A stretch of 61,816 bases of DNA, from assembly GCA_033762595.1 (NCBI GenBank), contig JANRLM010000049.1, positions 1 to 61,816 on the forward strand, given 5' to 3'. The stretch comes from Rickettsiales bacterium. GTDB lineage: Bacteria; Pseudomonadota; Alphaproteobacteria; Rickettsiales; UBA8987. Positions within the stretch are counted from its first letter, which is position 1. Each line of letters opens with the position of its first letter. The notes beneath the pieces were generated by a model. It was not told the DNA's origin. It was given only the letters and a program-made list of their open reading frames with translations, and ran no database searches. Of this stretch, positions 1-9,676 are shown one piece after another. Both the position numbers and the translations under genes were made by a program.

Positions 1-150
1 TTTATTATTGATTTTTATTCCAAGTTCTTGAAAGGCGCAGAAAACTAAGCCAATACAATCAACGCCATATTTTTTACTTCTGCCTTGATGTAAAAATTTC
101 ACGCCAAGATATTCCCTAGCTTTTGATAATATTTCATTTTTTGAAGTCAT
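1..150 (-). CDS. NlpC/P60-family cell-wall peptidase, N-terminal part only (RcGTA g14-like), truncated by the window edge
   Basis: Not in the ORF track because it runs off the edge. Reverse-strand ATG at 148-150 translates to MTSKNEILSKAREYLGVKFLHQGRSKKYGVDCIGLVFCAFQELG, which has the G-x-DC-x-GL catalytic-Cys motif of NlpC/P60. It follows the g13-like gene, as in GTA clusters. Confidence 0.6.
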   Translation of the reverse strand, partial: MTSKNEILSKAREYLGVKFLHQGRSKKYGVDCIGLVFCAFQELGIKINNK

Positions 151-154
151 AATT

Positions 155-982
155 TTATATATTTGCAAAAATTTTATTAATTCCTGGAATGTGAGGCTCG
201 CCTCTAAAATTGACTGCATTATTGAATTTGCTAACACAGGTTGAAAATTTTTTATCGCACCCAGCAGAGATTTTATAATCATCGCCCACTTCAATATTAA
301 ACGGCAGAGGGGTTTTTAATTTTATAATTTGCTCTGAATATTCAGCTATTTCTCTAATGATTCCCTGATTTGCACCGCTGGTAAATTCCACCAGACCAAA
401 ATTAAAATATCCGCTTCCTTGAGTTAAAGAATCATCTTTGAATGAAATATTTGAGATTTCTTGGGTTACAGAGCCATTAAAGGAAAAATCTTCACGATTT
501 AATTTGCATTTTGCATCGCAAAATCTAGCCCTACAATTTGGTGAATAATTTTGCGTGATGATGTTTTCAAGATGCTTAGCATATGAAGAAATTTCAAAAA
601 TATATTTATTATTATCAAAGATAATTTTTGAGATAAAACCCTTCTTAAGAATTACTTTTCCATCAGAAGTATTTTTATAATTAAGCAAAAATATTTCAAT
701 ATCTGTATCATCAAAAAAACCAGATTTTATAATGTTTTCAGTGATTAAATCACTTTCAAAACTTCCCAAAAAATCTTCTTTGTTTTTTATAGAATTATTT
801 GAAGCGAAATTAAAATTTTCCGTGTCAATCAAGGGTTGATATTCAAGCGTTTCAAAGGTAAATTTTTCTTGCAGATTTGTAAGCCCCAAGAAAAAATCCC
901 CCTTTGAAATTTTGATAAATTTAGCGAGCGTTGTGAGATCGCTAGCTAAATGATTTCTCATATTTTCTGAAATATTTTTCAT
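155..982 (-). CDS. DUF2163 / phage BR0599-type protein (RcGTA g13-like tail hub)
   Basis: 275-aa ORF. C-terminal motifs CRARFCDAKCKL and CDKKFSTCVSKFNNAVNFRGEPHIPG are typical of the BR0599/DUF2163 family. Gene order is g12-g13-g14. Confidence 0.7.
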   Translation of the reverse strand: MKNISENMRNHLASDLTTLAKFIKISKGDFFLGLTNLQEKFTFETLEYQPLIDTENFNFASNNSIKNKEDFLGSFESDLITENIIKSGFFDDTDIEIFLLNYKNTSDGKVILKKGFISKIIFDNNKYIFEISSYAKHLENIITQNYSPNCRARFCDAKCKLNREDFSFNGSVTQEISNISFKDDSLTQGSGYFNFGLVEFTSGANQGIIREIAEYSEQIIKLKTPLPFNIEVGDDYKISAGCDKKFSTCVSKFNNAVNFRGEPHIPGINKIFANI

Positions 983-985
983 AAA

Positions 986-1591
986 TCACCCCTCTAAAAC
1001 TTCAATAAAACCAATTTTTTGAAGCGATCCTTTCCCGAAAGTTTCTTGAGAAAATTCCAAAAAATCATTTTCAAATCTAACGCAATTATCAAATTGAAAA
1101 CTTGCTTTTATCTGAACACTAACTGCAGGAGGATGTGTAAAACTAACCAAGCCAGCATCATTTGATATATTATATCCAGATGATTGGAGAACCCCGTCCA
1201 AATAAATTTTTTCAGAGTTTTGAAAAATTTTTGTAATTTTTCTAGTAATGTAATTTTGTTCATCGCCATAATTTTTTATAAGTTGGAATTGTGTTTTTTC
1301 GCCGTCTCCTATGCCAATTTGTTGATCAATCGCCTCAAAATCCTGCCAATCCTTGAAACGAAAACTATAGGCTTTGCCTTGCCTTGCGATAAAAAACCAT
1401 TGCACCTTTTCAGCTTGCAAATTTGAAATATCTTTGAAATTAATTTCAAATTTTCTGATAGGAATTTGCTGTAAAGAATTTCTTTTTTCATTGCCTTTTA
1501 GAAAGGAGATTACTTCAGTTTGAAATTCAATTTTGCTGGTGGCTTTTGCTGAAATATCTGCAGGAAACCTTATATTGTGAAATGAAACCAT
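986..1591 (-). CDS. DUF2460-type phage conserved protein (RcGTA g12-like)
   Basis: 201-aa ORF. The N-terminus FPADIS...EFQTEVISFLKGNEKRN...FEINF matches the pattern of the TIGR02217/DUF2460 family. It lies 3 nt upstream of the g13-like gene. Confidence 0.65.
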   Translation of the reverse strand: MVSFHNIRFPADISAKATSKIEFQTEVISFLKGNEKRNSLQQIPIRKFEINFKDISNLQAEKVQWFFIARQGKAYSFRFKDWQDFEAIDQQIGIGDGEKTQFQLIKNYGDEQNYITRKITKIFQNSEKIYLDGVLQSSGYNISNDAGLVSFTHPPAVSVQIKASFQFDNCVRFENDFLEFSQETFGKGSLQKIGFIEVLEG

Positions 1592-1602
1592 AACGCCCCC
1601 AA

Positions 1603-2160
1603 TTAAATTAAAACTCTACGATAAAGGTTGAAAACTTCACGAGAAGCAGGGTTCAAATCCACTTTATTGCGATTCTCATAAAGATACGCAACTTGGTTAA
1701 GAAGTGCGGTTTTTATCTGTGCTGGAACGCTCTGCAAAGTTTCCCCAAAGCCTGTAAAATAATCTATCGTGATAAATCTTCCGCTTGGAATTTTATCAAA
1801 AAATAGAAAATATTTTGCTGGTGAAAGTTGATAAAAACTTGAGTTAAAAAGGCTTTCTGAGCCATCTTTGCCAATTATATTTATTTCATCAATGGAAATA
1901 ACGGGGCCCATCGGCATTTCAATTTCATTATCAACATAATATTTGAAGGATAACCGCCATTTTTGCTTCAAGATGGAAGATTTCATATATCTTTCCGCAT
2001 CTTGCCTCGCTGATTTAATCAAATCTTGAATTGTGTTATTTTCATAATCGCCAGTAATACGAACAAATCTTTTTACTTCATCTATTGTAAGCGGCTCTAT
2101 GGTTGGCTCTTCAAGCTTCACTAATTCAGGATTTTTATTTTTTTTGAAAAAGGAAAACAT
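1603..2160 (-). CDS. phage head-tail connector/adaptor (gp6 / phiE125 gp8 family, RcGTA g6-like)
   Basis: 185-aa ORF. LTIDEVKRFVRITGDYENNTIQDLIKSARQDAERYM is the typical gp6-like head-tail connector N-terminus. It lies downstream of the capsid gene. Confidence 0.6.
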   Translation of the reverse strand: MFSFFKKNKNPELVKLEEPTIEPLTIDEVKRFVRITGDYENNTIQDLIKSARQDAERYMKSSILKQKWRLSFKYYVDNEIEMPMGPVISIDEINIIGKDGSESLFNSSFYQLSPAKYFLFFDKIPSGRFITIDYFTGFGETLQSVPAQIKTALLNQVAYLYENRNKVDLNPASREVFNLYRRVLI

Positions 2161-2190
2161 ATAATTTAGGTTTTGGGGGTTACTACTTTT

Positions 2191-2286
2191 TCTCCCCCTG
2201 TTTACGGGGGGAGATGGGGCGATAGACCCAGAGGGGGGCTTTGCTAATTTGCCCCCACCCTAACCCTCCCCCGCAAGCAGGGGAGG
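2191..2286. repeat. cluster of three GC-rich hairpins in the capsid/connector intergenic region
   Basis: TCTCCCCC-N-GGGGGAGA (2191-2214), GGGGGC-N11-GCCCCC (2234-2256) and CCCTCCCC-GCAAGCA-GGGGAGGG (2264-2286), all in an otherwise AT-rich spacer. Confidence 0.6.
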
Positions 2287-2295
2287 GAATTTTTG

Positions 2296-3492
2296 CTAAG
2301 CTGCGAGTTTCAAAATTTTGATTGCTTCAAAATTCACAACTTCACCGCCAACGCGTTTAGTTGTATAAAATTTCACGAAAGGTTTTTCTGTGTATGGATC
2401 ACGCAGAATTCTAACGCCGAACCTATCAACGATTTGATATGCACGCTTGAAATCCCCCACCGCAACTGAAAGCGAATTTGCCGCCGGAACAGGCATATCA
2501 GAAGCCTGCATCACAGGAACGCCAAGTAAAGTATCAGGCACGCCAAGGCTTAAACCTGGTTGCCATAGATATTGATTTGTAGTTGATTCTTTAAGAAGTC
2601 TCACCGCTTGAACGGCTGAACGATTCATCAAAAAAGTTGAATTAATCGCATATTCATCTTTTAGAGCGTAATATAAATTAATTAGGGAATCTGGGGTTAT
2701 AACGCCAGCAGTGCCAGAATTAATTTGCTGAATTTGTGAAGCCCCTGTGCCTGCTGCATAAGATAAAATTCCAGTAGGTTTTGCAGTTCCGTTACCAGTA
2801 ATAAATGCACTATTTTCCTTACGAGAGAAAACATCTGCAAGCTTTTCTGTCAACCATTGCTCAATATCAATAGAAGAATCATCGATTAGTTTTTGCGTTG
2901 CTTTTGGCTGTGCAACTAATTCGTGAACTTCAATAGAAATTTTACCTATTTCTGGCGTGGTAGAATCATCAACTTCAGCAGTTTCACTAGCTGCCCAATC
3001 TGCACCTGCTGAAGTATTATCTTCAATAATTTCTAACGCATCAGAAGAAATTTGCGTTACAGATGCGATTTTTCTCATCGGTGAGGTTTCAAAAATAGTG
3101 CGAGCTAAAATTGAACTCATTTGTGGCGTAACTAAATATCCGCCATCAGCGTCAGTGCCCACAGAAAGTGCCTTTTTCTCAAGGTAAGCAAGCTCACCTT
3201 CAACGCCTTTGCGAATATAATTTATAAAGGCAGATTTATGCTCATTTGCTTCACGAGAAGTAACATCTGATTTATATTCACCGCCTAAAGATGGCCTGTT
3301 TATTATGGTTTCAACGCCATCTAAACGAGATTTGAAATTATCAATCACATTGCTAATTTTTGAAAGATGATCATTTGTAAGGCTATCTGCACTCCCTTTT
3401 CTTTCAATTTCATTGAGTCTTCTATCGTTAATTTTTTTGAACTCTTCCCATGCATGGCCGAGATCATCAACTTTTCTATTTATTGTATTCAT
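2296..3492 (-). CDS. HK97-family phage major capsid protein (RcGTA g5-like)
   Basis: 398-aa ORF with an N-terminal coiled-coil scaffold-like segment, then GGYLVP...ELVAQPKATQKL...FLMN...ILRDPYT, typical of HK97-fold capsids. It follows a prohead protease gene. Confidence 0.85.
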   Translation of the reverse strand: MNTINRKVDDLGHAWEEFKKINDRRLNEIERKGSADSLTNDHLSKISNVIDNFKSRLDGVETIINRPSLGGEYKSDVTSREANEHKSAFINYIRKGVEGELAYLEKKALSVGTDADGGYLVTPQMSSILARTIFETSPMRKIASVTQISSDALEIIEDNTSAGADWAASETAEVDDSTTPEIGKISIEVHELVAQPKATQKLIDDSSIDIEQWLTEKLADVFSRKENSAFITGNGTAKPTGILSYAAGTGASQIQQINSGTAGVITPDSLINLYYALKDEYAINSTFLMNRSAVQAVRLLKESTTNQYLWQPGLSLGVPDTLLGVPVMQASDMPVPAANSLSVAVGDFKRAYQIVDRFGVRILRDPYTEKPFVKFYTTKRVGGEVVNFEAIKILKLAA

Positions 3493-3528
3493 ATATTTTA
3501 GTTGTTAGTTGTTAGTTTTTAGTTTTTA

Positions 3529-3566
3529 TTCTCCCTCTACCTCTGGGAGAGGGCAGGGGTGAGTGC
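3529..3566. repeat. GC-rich palindromic element (same family as 5406-5441)
   Basis: TTCTCCCTCTACCTCTGGGAGAGGGCAGGGGTGAGTGC aligns with TTCCCCCTCTCCCTCGGGAGGGGGTAAGGGTGAAGAC at 5406-5441. Confidence 0.55.
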
Positions 3567-3651
3567 TAAAATTAGTATTTAGTATAAGTATCAGTAGCAG
3601 TGATTTTTTATTCATTTCACTATTACTAACAACTGATACTAACTAAGGTTT

Positions 3652-4191
3652 CTACCCCCGCAAAACGCGGATTGCCTTGTTAAGCAAAGCAAGCAATTCT
3701 AATTCTTCTTCATTAGATTTTACGGAAGTAATTTTTGCGGATTCATTCGCAGGAAATGTTACAAGGCTGATTTCAAAGAGATCTGCACTTTTAATAAGCC
3801 TTATATTGCTTTCATTAATTTCAAAATCTGTAACTCTAAAACCGATGCTTAAACCTCGTAAAACGCCGGATTTCAAAAGAGCGTAAGCCTCTCTTGCCCT
3901 TTCAACTTCTAAAAGAAGTTTGCCTTCAACGAACAAACCCATCTCATCTTCTTCAATATGCGTGATGATGCCGATTGGCTCATCAGCTCTATGCTGCCAG
4001 AGTAGCTTGATGTTATTTTCACGCATTAAAGAATCTGAAAAAGCGAAAGGTAGAATTACATCATCGTGATTATCAATGATGTTATAAACACTTGCATAAC
4101 CAGTAAATACGCCAAGTTTGCTGATTGATTTAATTTCAAGTGTGTAATCTTTAGAAAAATTTTTCATCGTATAAGATATTTTGTTTCGCAT
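3652..4191 (-). CDS. HK97-family prohead protease (RcGTA g4-like)
   Basis: 179-aa ORF. FTGYASVYNIIDNHDDVI...LLWQHR...GLSIGF matches the HK97 prohead protease family pattern. The start could instead be the internal Met 7 codons downstream. Confidence 0.8.
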   Translation of the reverse strand: MRNKISYTMKNFSKDYTLEIKSISKLGVFTGYASVYNIIDNHDDVILPFAFSDSLMRENNIKLLWQHRADEPIGIITHIEEDEMGLFVEGKLLLEVERAREAYALLKSGVLRGLSIGFRVTDFEINESNIRLIKSADLFEISLVTFPANESAKITSVKSNEEELELLALLNKAIRVLRG

Positions 4192-4341
4192 TGAAGAAAT
4201 TATTTTCTGCCCTGCAAAATGATTGTGGAACGATAAAATTTTCTATGGAAGGGGGGAGGTGAAGATTTTTTTTATTTTTCTTGGAAGTGTTATAAAAAGA
4301 TGGTAGAAACTTAGAAACAAACTCTCAGAAAAGGAATATTT

Positions 4342-5370
4342 ATGGATAAGAAAAAAGCTCTTGAAACTGCACTTAGTCAAATTGAAAAATCATTCGGCAA
4401 AGGCTCAATAATGAAGCTCGGCGACAAGGAAGCAGTAAGCGTGGAATCAATTTCTACTGGCTCTTTGGGGCTAGATATGGCGCTTGGAATTGGCGGTATC
4501 CCTCGTGGTAGAGTGATTGAAATTTATGGGCCTGAAAGCTCAGGCAAAACCACTCTCACACTTCACATCGTAGCGGAAGCTCAAAAGAAAAAGGGAATCT
4601 GTGCGTTTATTGATGCAGAACACGCACTTGACCCAGTTTACGCTGAAAAACTTGGTGTAAATATCAATGATTTAATAATTTCTCAGCCAGATACAGGCGA
4701 GCAAGCTCTTGAAATCTGCGACACACTTGTTCGTTCAGGTGCGGTTGATGTTATAGTGGTTGATTCAGTTGCGGCACTTGTTCCAAAATCTGAGATTGAA
4801 GGTGATATGGGTGATGCCCAAATGGGTGCGCAAGCAAGGCTTATGAGTCAAGCTCTTCGCAAACTTACTGGTTCAATTTCAAAAACAAACTGCACGGTGA
4901 TTTTCATTAACCAAATTCGTCAAAAAATCGGCGTGATGTTTGGAAATCCTGAAACTACAACTGGCGGAAATGCTCTGAAATTCTATGCTTCTGTGCGTAT
5001 TGATATCAGAAAAACTGGCACAATTAAAGATAAAGAAAATGTTATCGGAAGCCAAACTCGTGCGAAAGTGGTAAAAAATAAAGTTGCCCCTCCATTCAAA
5101 CAAGCTGATTTTGAAATTATTTATGGTGAAGGAATTTCTCGCTTGGGTGAAATTATTGATATGGGTGTTGCTACTGAAATCATTGAAAAAGCTGGCTCTT
5201 GGTTCGCTTATGGTGGCACAAGAATTGGGCAAGGTAAAGAAAATGCTAAGCAATTCTTGAAAGATAATCCAAAACTTGCCGAAGAAATTGAGAAAAAAGT
5301 TCGTGCTTCAAATCTTTCTTTCAATACCAGCAATGATGAAGATAAAGAGCTTGAAAAAGCCTCAGCATAA
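4342..5370 (+). CDS. recA: recombinase RecA
   Basis: 342 aa. It has the Walker A motif GPESSGKTT, the FIDAEHALD motif and a full-length canonical RecA pattern. Confidence 0.97.
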   Translation: MDKKKALETALSQIEKSFGKGSIMKLGDKEAVSVESISTGSLGLDMALGIGGIPRGRVIEIYGPESSGKTTLTLHIVAEAQKKKGICAFIDAEHALDPVYAEKLGVNINDLIISQPDTGEQALEICDTLVRSGAVDVIVVDSVAALVPKSEIEGDMGDAQMGAQARLMSQALRKLTGSISKTNCTVIFINQIRQKIGVMFGNPETTTGGNALKFYASVRIDIRKTGTIKDKENVIGSQTRAKVVKNKVAPPFKQADFEIIYGEGISRLGEIIDMGVATEIIEKAGSWFAYGGTRIGQGKENAKQFLKDNPKLAEEIEKKVRASNLSFNTSNDEDKELEKASA

Positions 5371-5405
5371 TCTATCTAGTTTTACCTTAGTTATGTTTTA
5401 TAAAA

Positions 5406-5441
5406 TTCCCCCTCTCCCTCGGGAGGGGGTAAGGGTGAAGA
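5406..5441. repeat. GC-rich palindromic element downstream of recA (possible terminator)
   Basis: CCCCCTC-N-GAGGGGG hairpin. It is homologous to 3529-3566. Confidence 0.55.
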
Positions 5442-5506
5442 CTAAAATTAAATTAAATTATTAATGGGAGTTTTCACTATCCATAGATTTTAACCACTTA
5501 ACCGCT

Positions 5507-5610
5507 AATTGTCACCCCGCACAAGTTGCGGGGTTAATGGTTAAAAGTGCTTCTAAGCATTAGTTTTGAGCTTGTTTTATGGTTAACCCCGCAATAAATG
5601 CGGGGTGACA
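5507..5610. repeat. MITE-like palindromic element, copy 1
   Basis: Terminal inverted repeats AATTGTCACCCCGCAcaagtTGCGGGGTTAA ... TTAACCCCGCAataaaTGCGGGGTGACA. Each terminus is itself an 8-bp-stem hairpin. The internal core TAGTTTTGAGC(G/T)TGTTTTAT is shared with the other copies. Confidence 0.8.
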
Positions 5611-5703
5611 CTTAGGTGAAAATACAGCAGAAATTTATTAAAATCTATAGATACTAACACTCTTTTAATAATTTCATTTTACCCTGAATTAAATTAATTT
5701 GAT

Positions 5704-6768
5704 ATGTCGTTTGAAAGTAAGTTAGAAATTATAGTTAATAAGCATAAGGAAGTTGGCGAAAAATTACTCAACCCTGAAGCCTTATCCAGCAAAGATTACG
5801 CGAGTTTATCTAAAGAATTTTCTGCAATGTCGCAGAGTGTTTCTCTTATTGAAAAATATTTGAATTTGGTAAATTCCATTCCGGCCCTTGAGGAAATGCT
5901 CAAAGATGAAGAGCTGAAAGATCTCGCACAAGAAGAATTGCAAAACGCAAAAGAAATCCTGCCAAATTTAGAAAAAGAAGTCAAAATTGCATTGCTTCCA
6001 AAAGATGTTGCAGATGAAAAAAACGCAATTCTTGAAATAAGGGCTGGAACTGGCGGTGATGAAGCCGCAATCTTCGCAGGTGATTTGTTGAATATGTATA
6101 TGCGCTATGCCCAAAAGCAAGGCTGGAGATTTGAAATTATGGACGCATCTGATAGCGATATGGGTGGTTATAAAGAAATTATTTGTAGCGTTACGGGTGC
6201 AGGGGTTTTTGCTAAACTCAAGTTTGAATCTGGCGTTCACAGGGTGCAAAGAGTTCCAAAAACTGAAACACAAGGCAGAATTCACACGTCAGCTGCAACC
6301 GTTGCGGTGCTTCCTGAAGCTGAAGATGTTGATATTCAAATTGATGATAAAGACTTACGAATTGATGTTTTTCGTGCACAAGGGGCGGGTGGCCAGCACG
6401 TTAATAAAACTGAATCAGCAGTGCGTGTAACGCACCTTCCAACAGGCATTGCGGTTGCACAACAAACTGAAAAATCTCAGCATAAAAATAAAGCACAAGC
6501 AATGAAATTGCTTAAGTCAAAATTATATGAAATCCAACGCCAAAAACTTGATGAAGAGCGTGCTTCTTCAAGAAAAACCCAAGTTGGTAGCGGTGATAGA
6601 AGTGAAAAAATCCGCACTTATAATTTTCCACAAGATAGGGTTACGGATCACAGGGTAAATTTAAGCATTTTCAATATTGAAAAGATTATTGATGAAGGTG
6701 ATATTGATGACATTGTGAACGCCTTGATGCTATCTGAGCAAGAGGCAAAACTCTCAGAAATTGGGTGA
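5704..6768 (+). CDS. prfA: peptide chain release factor 1
   Basis: 354 aa. It has the GGQ motif ([15 protein letters not shown]) and a P-x-T motif ([14 protein letters not shown]). The gene ends in TGA. Confidence 0.95.
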   Translation: MSFESKLEIIVNKHKEVGEKLLNPEALSSKDYASLSKEFSAMSQSVSLIEKYLNLVNSIPALEEMLKDEELKDLAQEELQNAKEILPNLEKEVKIALLPKDVADEKNAILEIRAGTGGDEAAIFAGDLLNMYMRYAQKQGWRFEIMDASDSDMGGYKEIICSVTGAGVFAKLKFESGVHRVQRVPKTETQGRIHTSAATVAVLPEAEDVDIQIDDKDLRIDVFRAQGAGGQHVNKTESAVRVTHLPTGIAVAQQTEKSQHKNKAQAMKLLKSKLYEIQRQKLDEERASSRKTQVGSGDRSEKIRTYNFPQDRVTDHRVNLSIFNIEKIIDEGDIDDIVNALMLSEQEAKLSEIG

Positions 6769-8412
6769 TTATTTCTTCAACTTAACCGCAACCGCACGGG
6801 CTTCTTTAGTAATATCAACGCCGGAAATCATTCTTGCGATTTCCTCAGTGGTTTCTTTTTTATCAAGAATTTTAGCAGAAATCTCAGTTTTATTTGTAGA
6901 AGTTTTTTTGAAAACAAAAATATGATTACTTGCTTTTCCAGCAATTTGGGGCTGATGCGTAATGCATAAAACCTGCTGATTTTCACTAAGTTTTTTAATT
7001 CTATCCCCCATTAAATCAGCGGTTGCACCACCAATTCCAGTATCAATTTCATCAAAAATTAGGCAAGCGGAAGATTTTATTCCAGATAAAGCAATTTTTA
7101 ATGCAAGCATCACCCGAGAAATTTCGCCACCTGAAGCCACCTTCCCAAGCTCTTGCGGTGTTTGCCCGGGGTTAGTTGCAACCTTAAAAATTATATTATC
7201 AATTCCTTCTGCTGAAATTTTTTCTTTTTCAGAAGTAATATCAACAAGAAATTTTGCTCCCTTCATATTAAGCACTGGAAACTCCTGATTTACTAGGGTT
7301 TCAAGCTTATTAGCAGAAGATTTTCTTTTCTCAGAAATTTCTTCCGCTAGGCTAAAATATTTTTCTAATAAGTCTTTTTCACGATTTTTAAGCTCTGATA
7401 AATTATTATTTGAGTTTTCTAAATTTGCTAAATTTTCGCTATAAATATCAATCAAATTTGGCAGTTCATCACATAAAACATTATATTTTCTTGCAAGCTC
7501 ACGAAGGGAAAATAATCTTTCTTCAATTTCATCTAAATTATTTTCTTGGCCAGAAATTTCATCATTAATTTCAGAGATTAAAATTGCAGCTCTATCAGTT
7601 TGAACTATAGAGTTTTCAAGGGTTTCATTGATTAAATTAATTTTTTCATCAGCAACTAAACCAGATAATTTTGTAATAGATTTTTGGATTTGTAACAAAT
7701 TTTTTGCGATATTTAATTCTTCCAGCTGATTATTTGCACTACTTAAAATCTCCAAAATTTTCTTTTTATTTGATAGAAATTTCCTTTTTTCAACAAGTTG
7801 TTCTTCTTCATTATTTTCTGGAGAAAAATTCTCAATTTCCTTAATGGCGTGCTTTAAGAAATCTCTTTCTTTTTCTCTTTCTTCTGCTGATTTTTCAAGG
7901 GTTTCAATTTCTTTTTTTACTTGTTTTATTTCTCTAAAAATATTTTCTAAATTACTTTTTTTTGAATTCAAATTTGAATAATTATCTAAAATTTCAATGT
8001 GATTTTTGCTATTTAGCAAGCCTGTAAAATCATTCTGGCGATAAGATTCCACCAAAAATTCTGCAATATTTCTCACAAAATTTTGAGAAACGGGGGTTTC
8101 ATTTATAAAAATTTGTGATTTGTTTCCGATATTTCTGCGAATTATAATATCGTTTTCAGGCTCAATCTCAGCCTCTTTTAGAAGGTTTTTAACCTTTTCA
8201 TTTTCAGAAATATCAAAGCTTAAACTTATAAAACCTTTATCATCTGAAGTTATAATTCTATTGTTTTTCGTGCCGAGTGTGAAGGATATGCAATCCAGCA
8301 GAACTGATTTGCCAGAGCCAGTTTCACCAGTAATAATGTTCAAAGAATTGGAGAAATCTAGCGAGATAGATTTTATCAGAGTCAAGTTATTTATCTGTAA
8401 TGCAGTGAGCAT
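6769..8412 (-). CDS. recN: DNA repair protein RecN
   Basis: 547 aa. It has an N-terminal Walker A (GETGSGKS), a long coiled-coil middle and a C-terminal SGGE signature with FDEIDTGIGG. Confidence 0.9.
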   Translation of the reverse strand: MLTALQINNLTLIKSISLDFSNSLNIITGETGSGKSVLLDCISFTLGTKNNRIITSDDKGFISLSFDISENEKVKNLLKEAEIEPENDIIIRRNIGNKSQIFINETPVSQNFVRNIAEFLVESYRQNDFTGLLNSKNHIEILDNYSNLNSKKSNLENIFREIKQVKKEIETLEKSAEEREKERDFLKHAIKEIENFSPENNEEEQLVEKRKFLSNKKKILEILSSANNQLEELNIAKNLLQIQKSITKLSGLVADEKINLINETLENSIVQTDRAAILISEINDEISGQENNLDEIEERLFSLRELARKYNVLCDELPNLIDIYSENLANLENSNNNLSELKNREKDLLEKYFSLAEEISEKRKSSANKLETLVNQEFPVLNMKGAKFLVDITSEKEKISAEGIDNIIFKVATNPGQTPQELGKVASGGEISRVMLALKIALSGIKSSACLIFDEIDTGIGGATADLMGDRIKKLSENQQVLCITHQPQIAGKASNHIFVFKKTSTNKTEISAKILDKKETTEEIARMISGVDITKEARAVAVKLKK

Positions 8413-9255
8413 TTATTTTTCTAAAATTATATCTATTATTTCTTGAGGATTCCAAGTGATATGACCACAATTTTTAAGCGGATAAAGATAAACATCAAGC
8501 CCTTTTTCTTTTGCTATTTCAAATAATTTTTCAGAATGTTTGAAAGGTGTTGTTTCATCATCAATAGGGTGAAAAAGTAAGATTTTCCCTTGATATTTTG
8601 TCTCTTGTAAAATTTTTTTATTATCAAATTTATGACGAAGAATTTTTGATAAATCAAATTCTGCAAATTCTGGATATAAATCAGTGCTTTTATCAAAAAG
8701 GTCAGTAAAACTGGCGATTAAAGCGATTTTCTGAACATTTTTATAATTAAGTGCCTCATTCAGTTTTAGTGCAGTATTATTGCCAAGCGATTCAGAGAGG
8801 ATAATTAAGTTTGGATAGTTTTCATTCTCTAAAAATTTGGCAATTGCTTTAACATCTTTTTCAAAGCCAGCCTCAGAGGGCTTACCAGAGGAAGCGCCAT
8901 AACCCCTAAGTGAAACCGCCACAAAGCCATTACCAGTTTTAATAATTTCTTTAAGTAAATTCACCCGATATTCAGGCTCAAAAATATCATCTTTTGAGGG
9001 CGTTCCAACATTCCCTAAATGCCCAGTATTGCCGTGAAAAACAACAAAAACAATGCCATCTTCATTTTCAGGTTGCTTAACCCAGAGATTTATTCTTTCA
9101 AAATCTTCGGTTTCAAGGCTTATATTGTTTGTTTCAGGCAGGTGATATTCAAGCGGATGTTTTATTTTACCTACATCGCTAAGGTTTGGCTTAAAGATTA
9201 TAGAATCTTGCACAAGAGATAAAATCAGCAATTTTATGTAGGCAATAAAAGACAA
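8413..9255 (-). CDS. alpha/beta-fold hydrolase
   Basis: 280 aa with an HGN oxyanion-type motif (VVFHGNTGH), a SESLG nucleophile-elbow-like motif and a C-terminal GH. Confidence 0.55.
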   Translation of the reverse strand: MSFIAYIKLLILSLVQDSIIFKPNLSDVGKIKHPLEYHLPETNNISLETEDFERINLWVKQPENEDGIVFVVFHGNTGHLGNVGTPSKDDIFEPEYRVNLLKEIIKTGNGFVAVSLRGYGASSGKPSEAGFEKDVKAIAKFLENENYPNLIILSESLGNNTALKLNEALNYKNVQKIALIASFTDLFDKSTDLYPEFAEFDLSKILRHKFDNKKILQETKYQGKILLFHPIDDETTPFKHSEKLFEIAKEKGLDVYLYPLKNCGHITWNPQEIIDIILEK

Positions 9256-9325
9256 TTATTTAGTATAAGTTAATAACAAATATTATTAACCAAAATAAAA
9301 TATTCTACTAAAAATATTAGAAAAA

Positions 9326-9595
9326 TTATTTACCAGAAGCTTTTTTTAATGCAGAAGCAAGCCTTTTTGTAATTCTTGAAGCAGTATTTTTCTTAATTAG
9401 CCCCTTAGAAACACCTTTTGCAAGAGTGCTTTGAGCTTTTTTAACAGCTTCTTTTGAAGTGTTAGCATCACCAGAGGAAATCGCCTGACGAGCAGATTTG
9501 ATAATAGTTTTAATCTTGCTTTCAGTAGCGTTATTTCTTAACCTTCTTTTCTCAGCTTGGCGAGCTGCCTTTTCTGCGGATTTATGAGTTGCCAT
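9326..9595 (-). CDS. rpsT: 30S ribosomal protein S20
   Basis: 89 aa, basic. MATHKSAEKAARQAEKRRLRN is the canonical S20 N-terminus. Confidence 0.9.
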   Translation of the reverse strand: MATHKSAEKAARQAEKRRLRNNATESKIKTIIKSARQAISSGDANTSKEAVKKAQSTLAKGVSKGLIKKNTASRITKRLASALKKASGK

Positions 9596-9676
9596 ACTTA
9601 AATTTTAATGTTTTGAGGGTTTCATCTATGCCTTTTTTAGCTATATGTCAAGGATTATTTGGTTTAGACAACTAAC

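Noticed and set aside
1184-1426. This and many other 60-125-aa ORFs nested antisense or out of frame inside long genes (e.g. 2957-3187, 4879-5253, 5968-6285, 8120-8446, 23735-24109, 31204-31449, 41787-42065, 53848-54090, 60599-60817)
   Set aside because: Each overlaps a longer ORF with clear family motifs and has low-complexity composition. They are shadow ORFs, which are expected in AT-rich DNA.
4192-4341. Looked for an alphaproteobacterial SOS box (GAAC-N7-GAAC / GTTC-N7-GTTC) upstream of recA
   Set aside because: Only GAAACTTAGAAAC (wrong spacing and sequence) and GGAACGATAAAATTTTC were seen. No convincing LexA site could be read.
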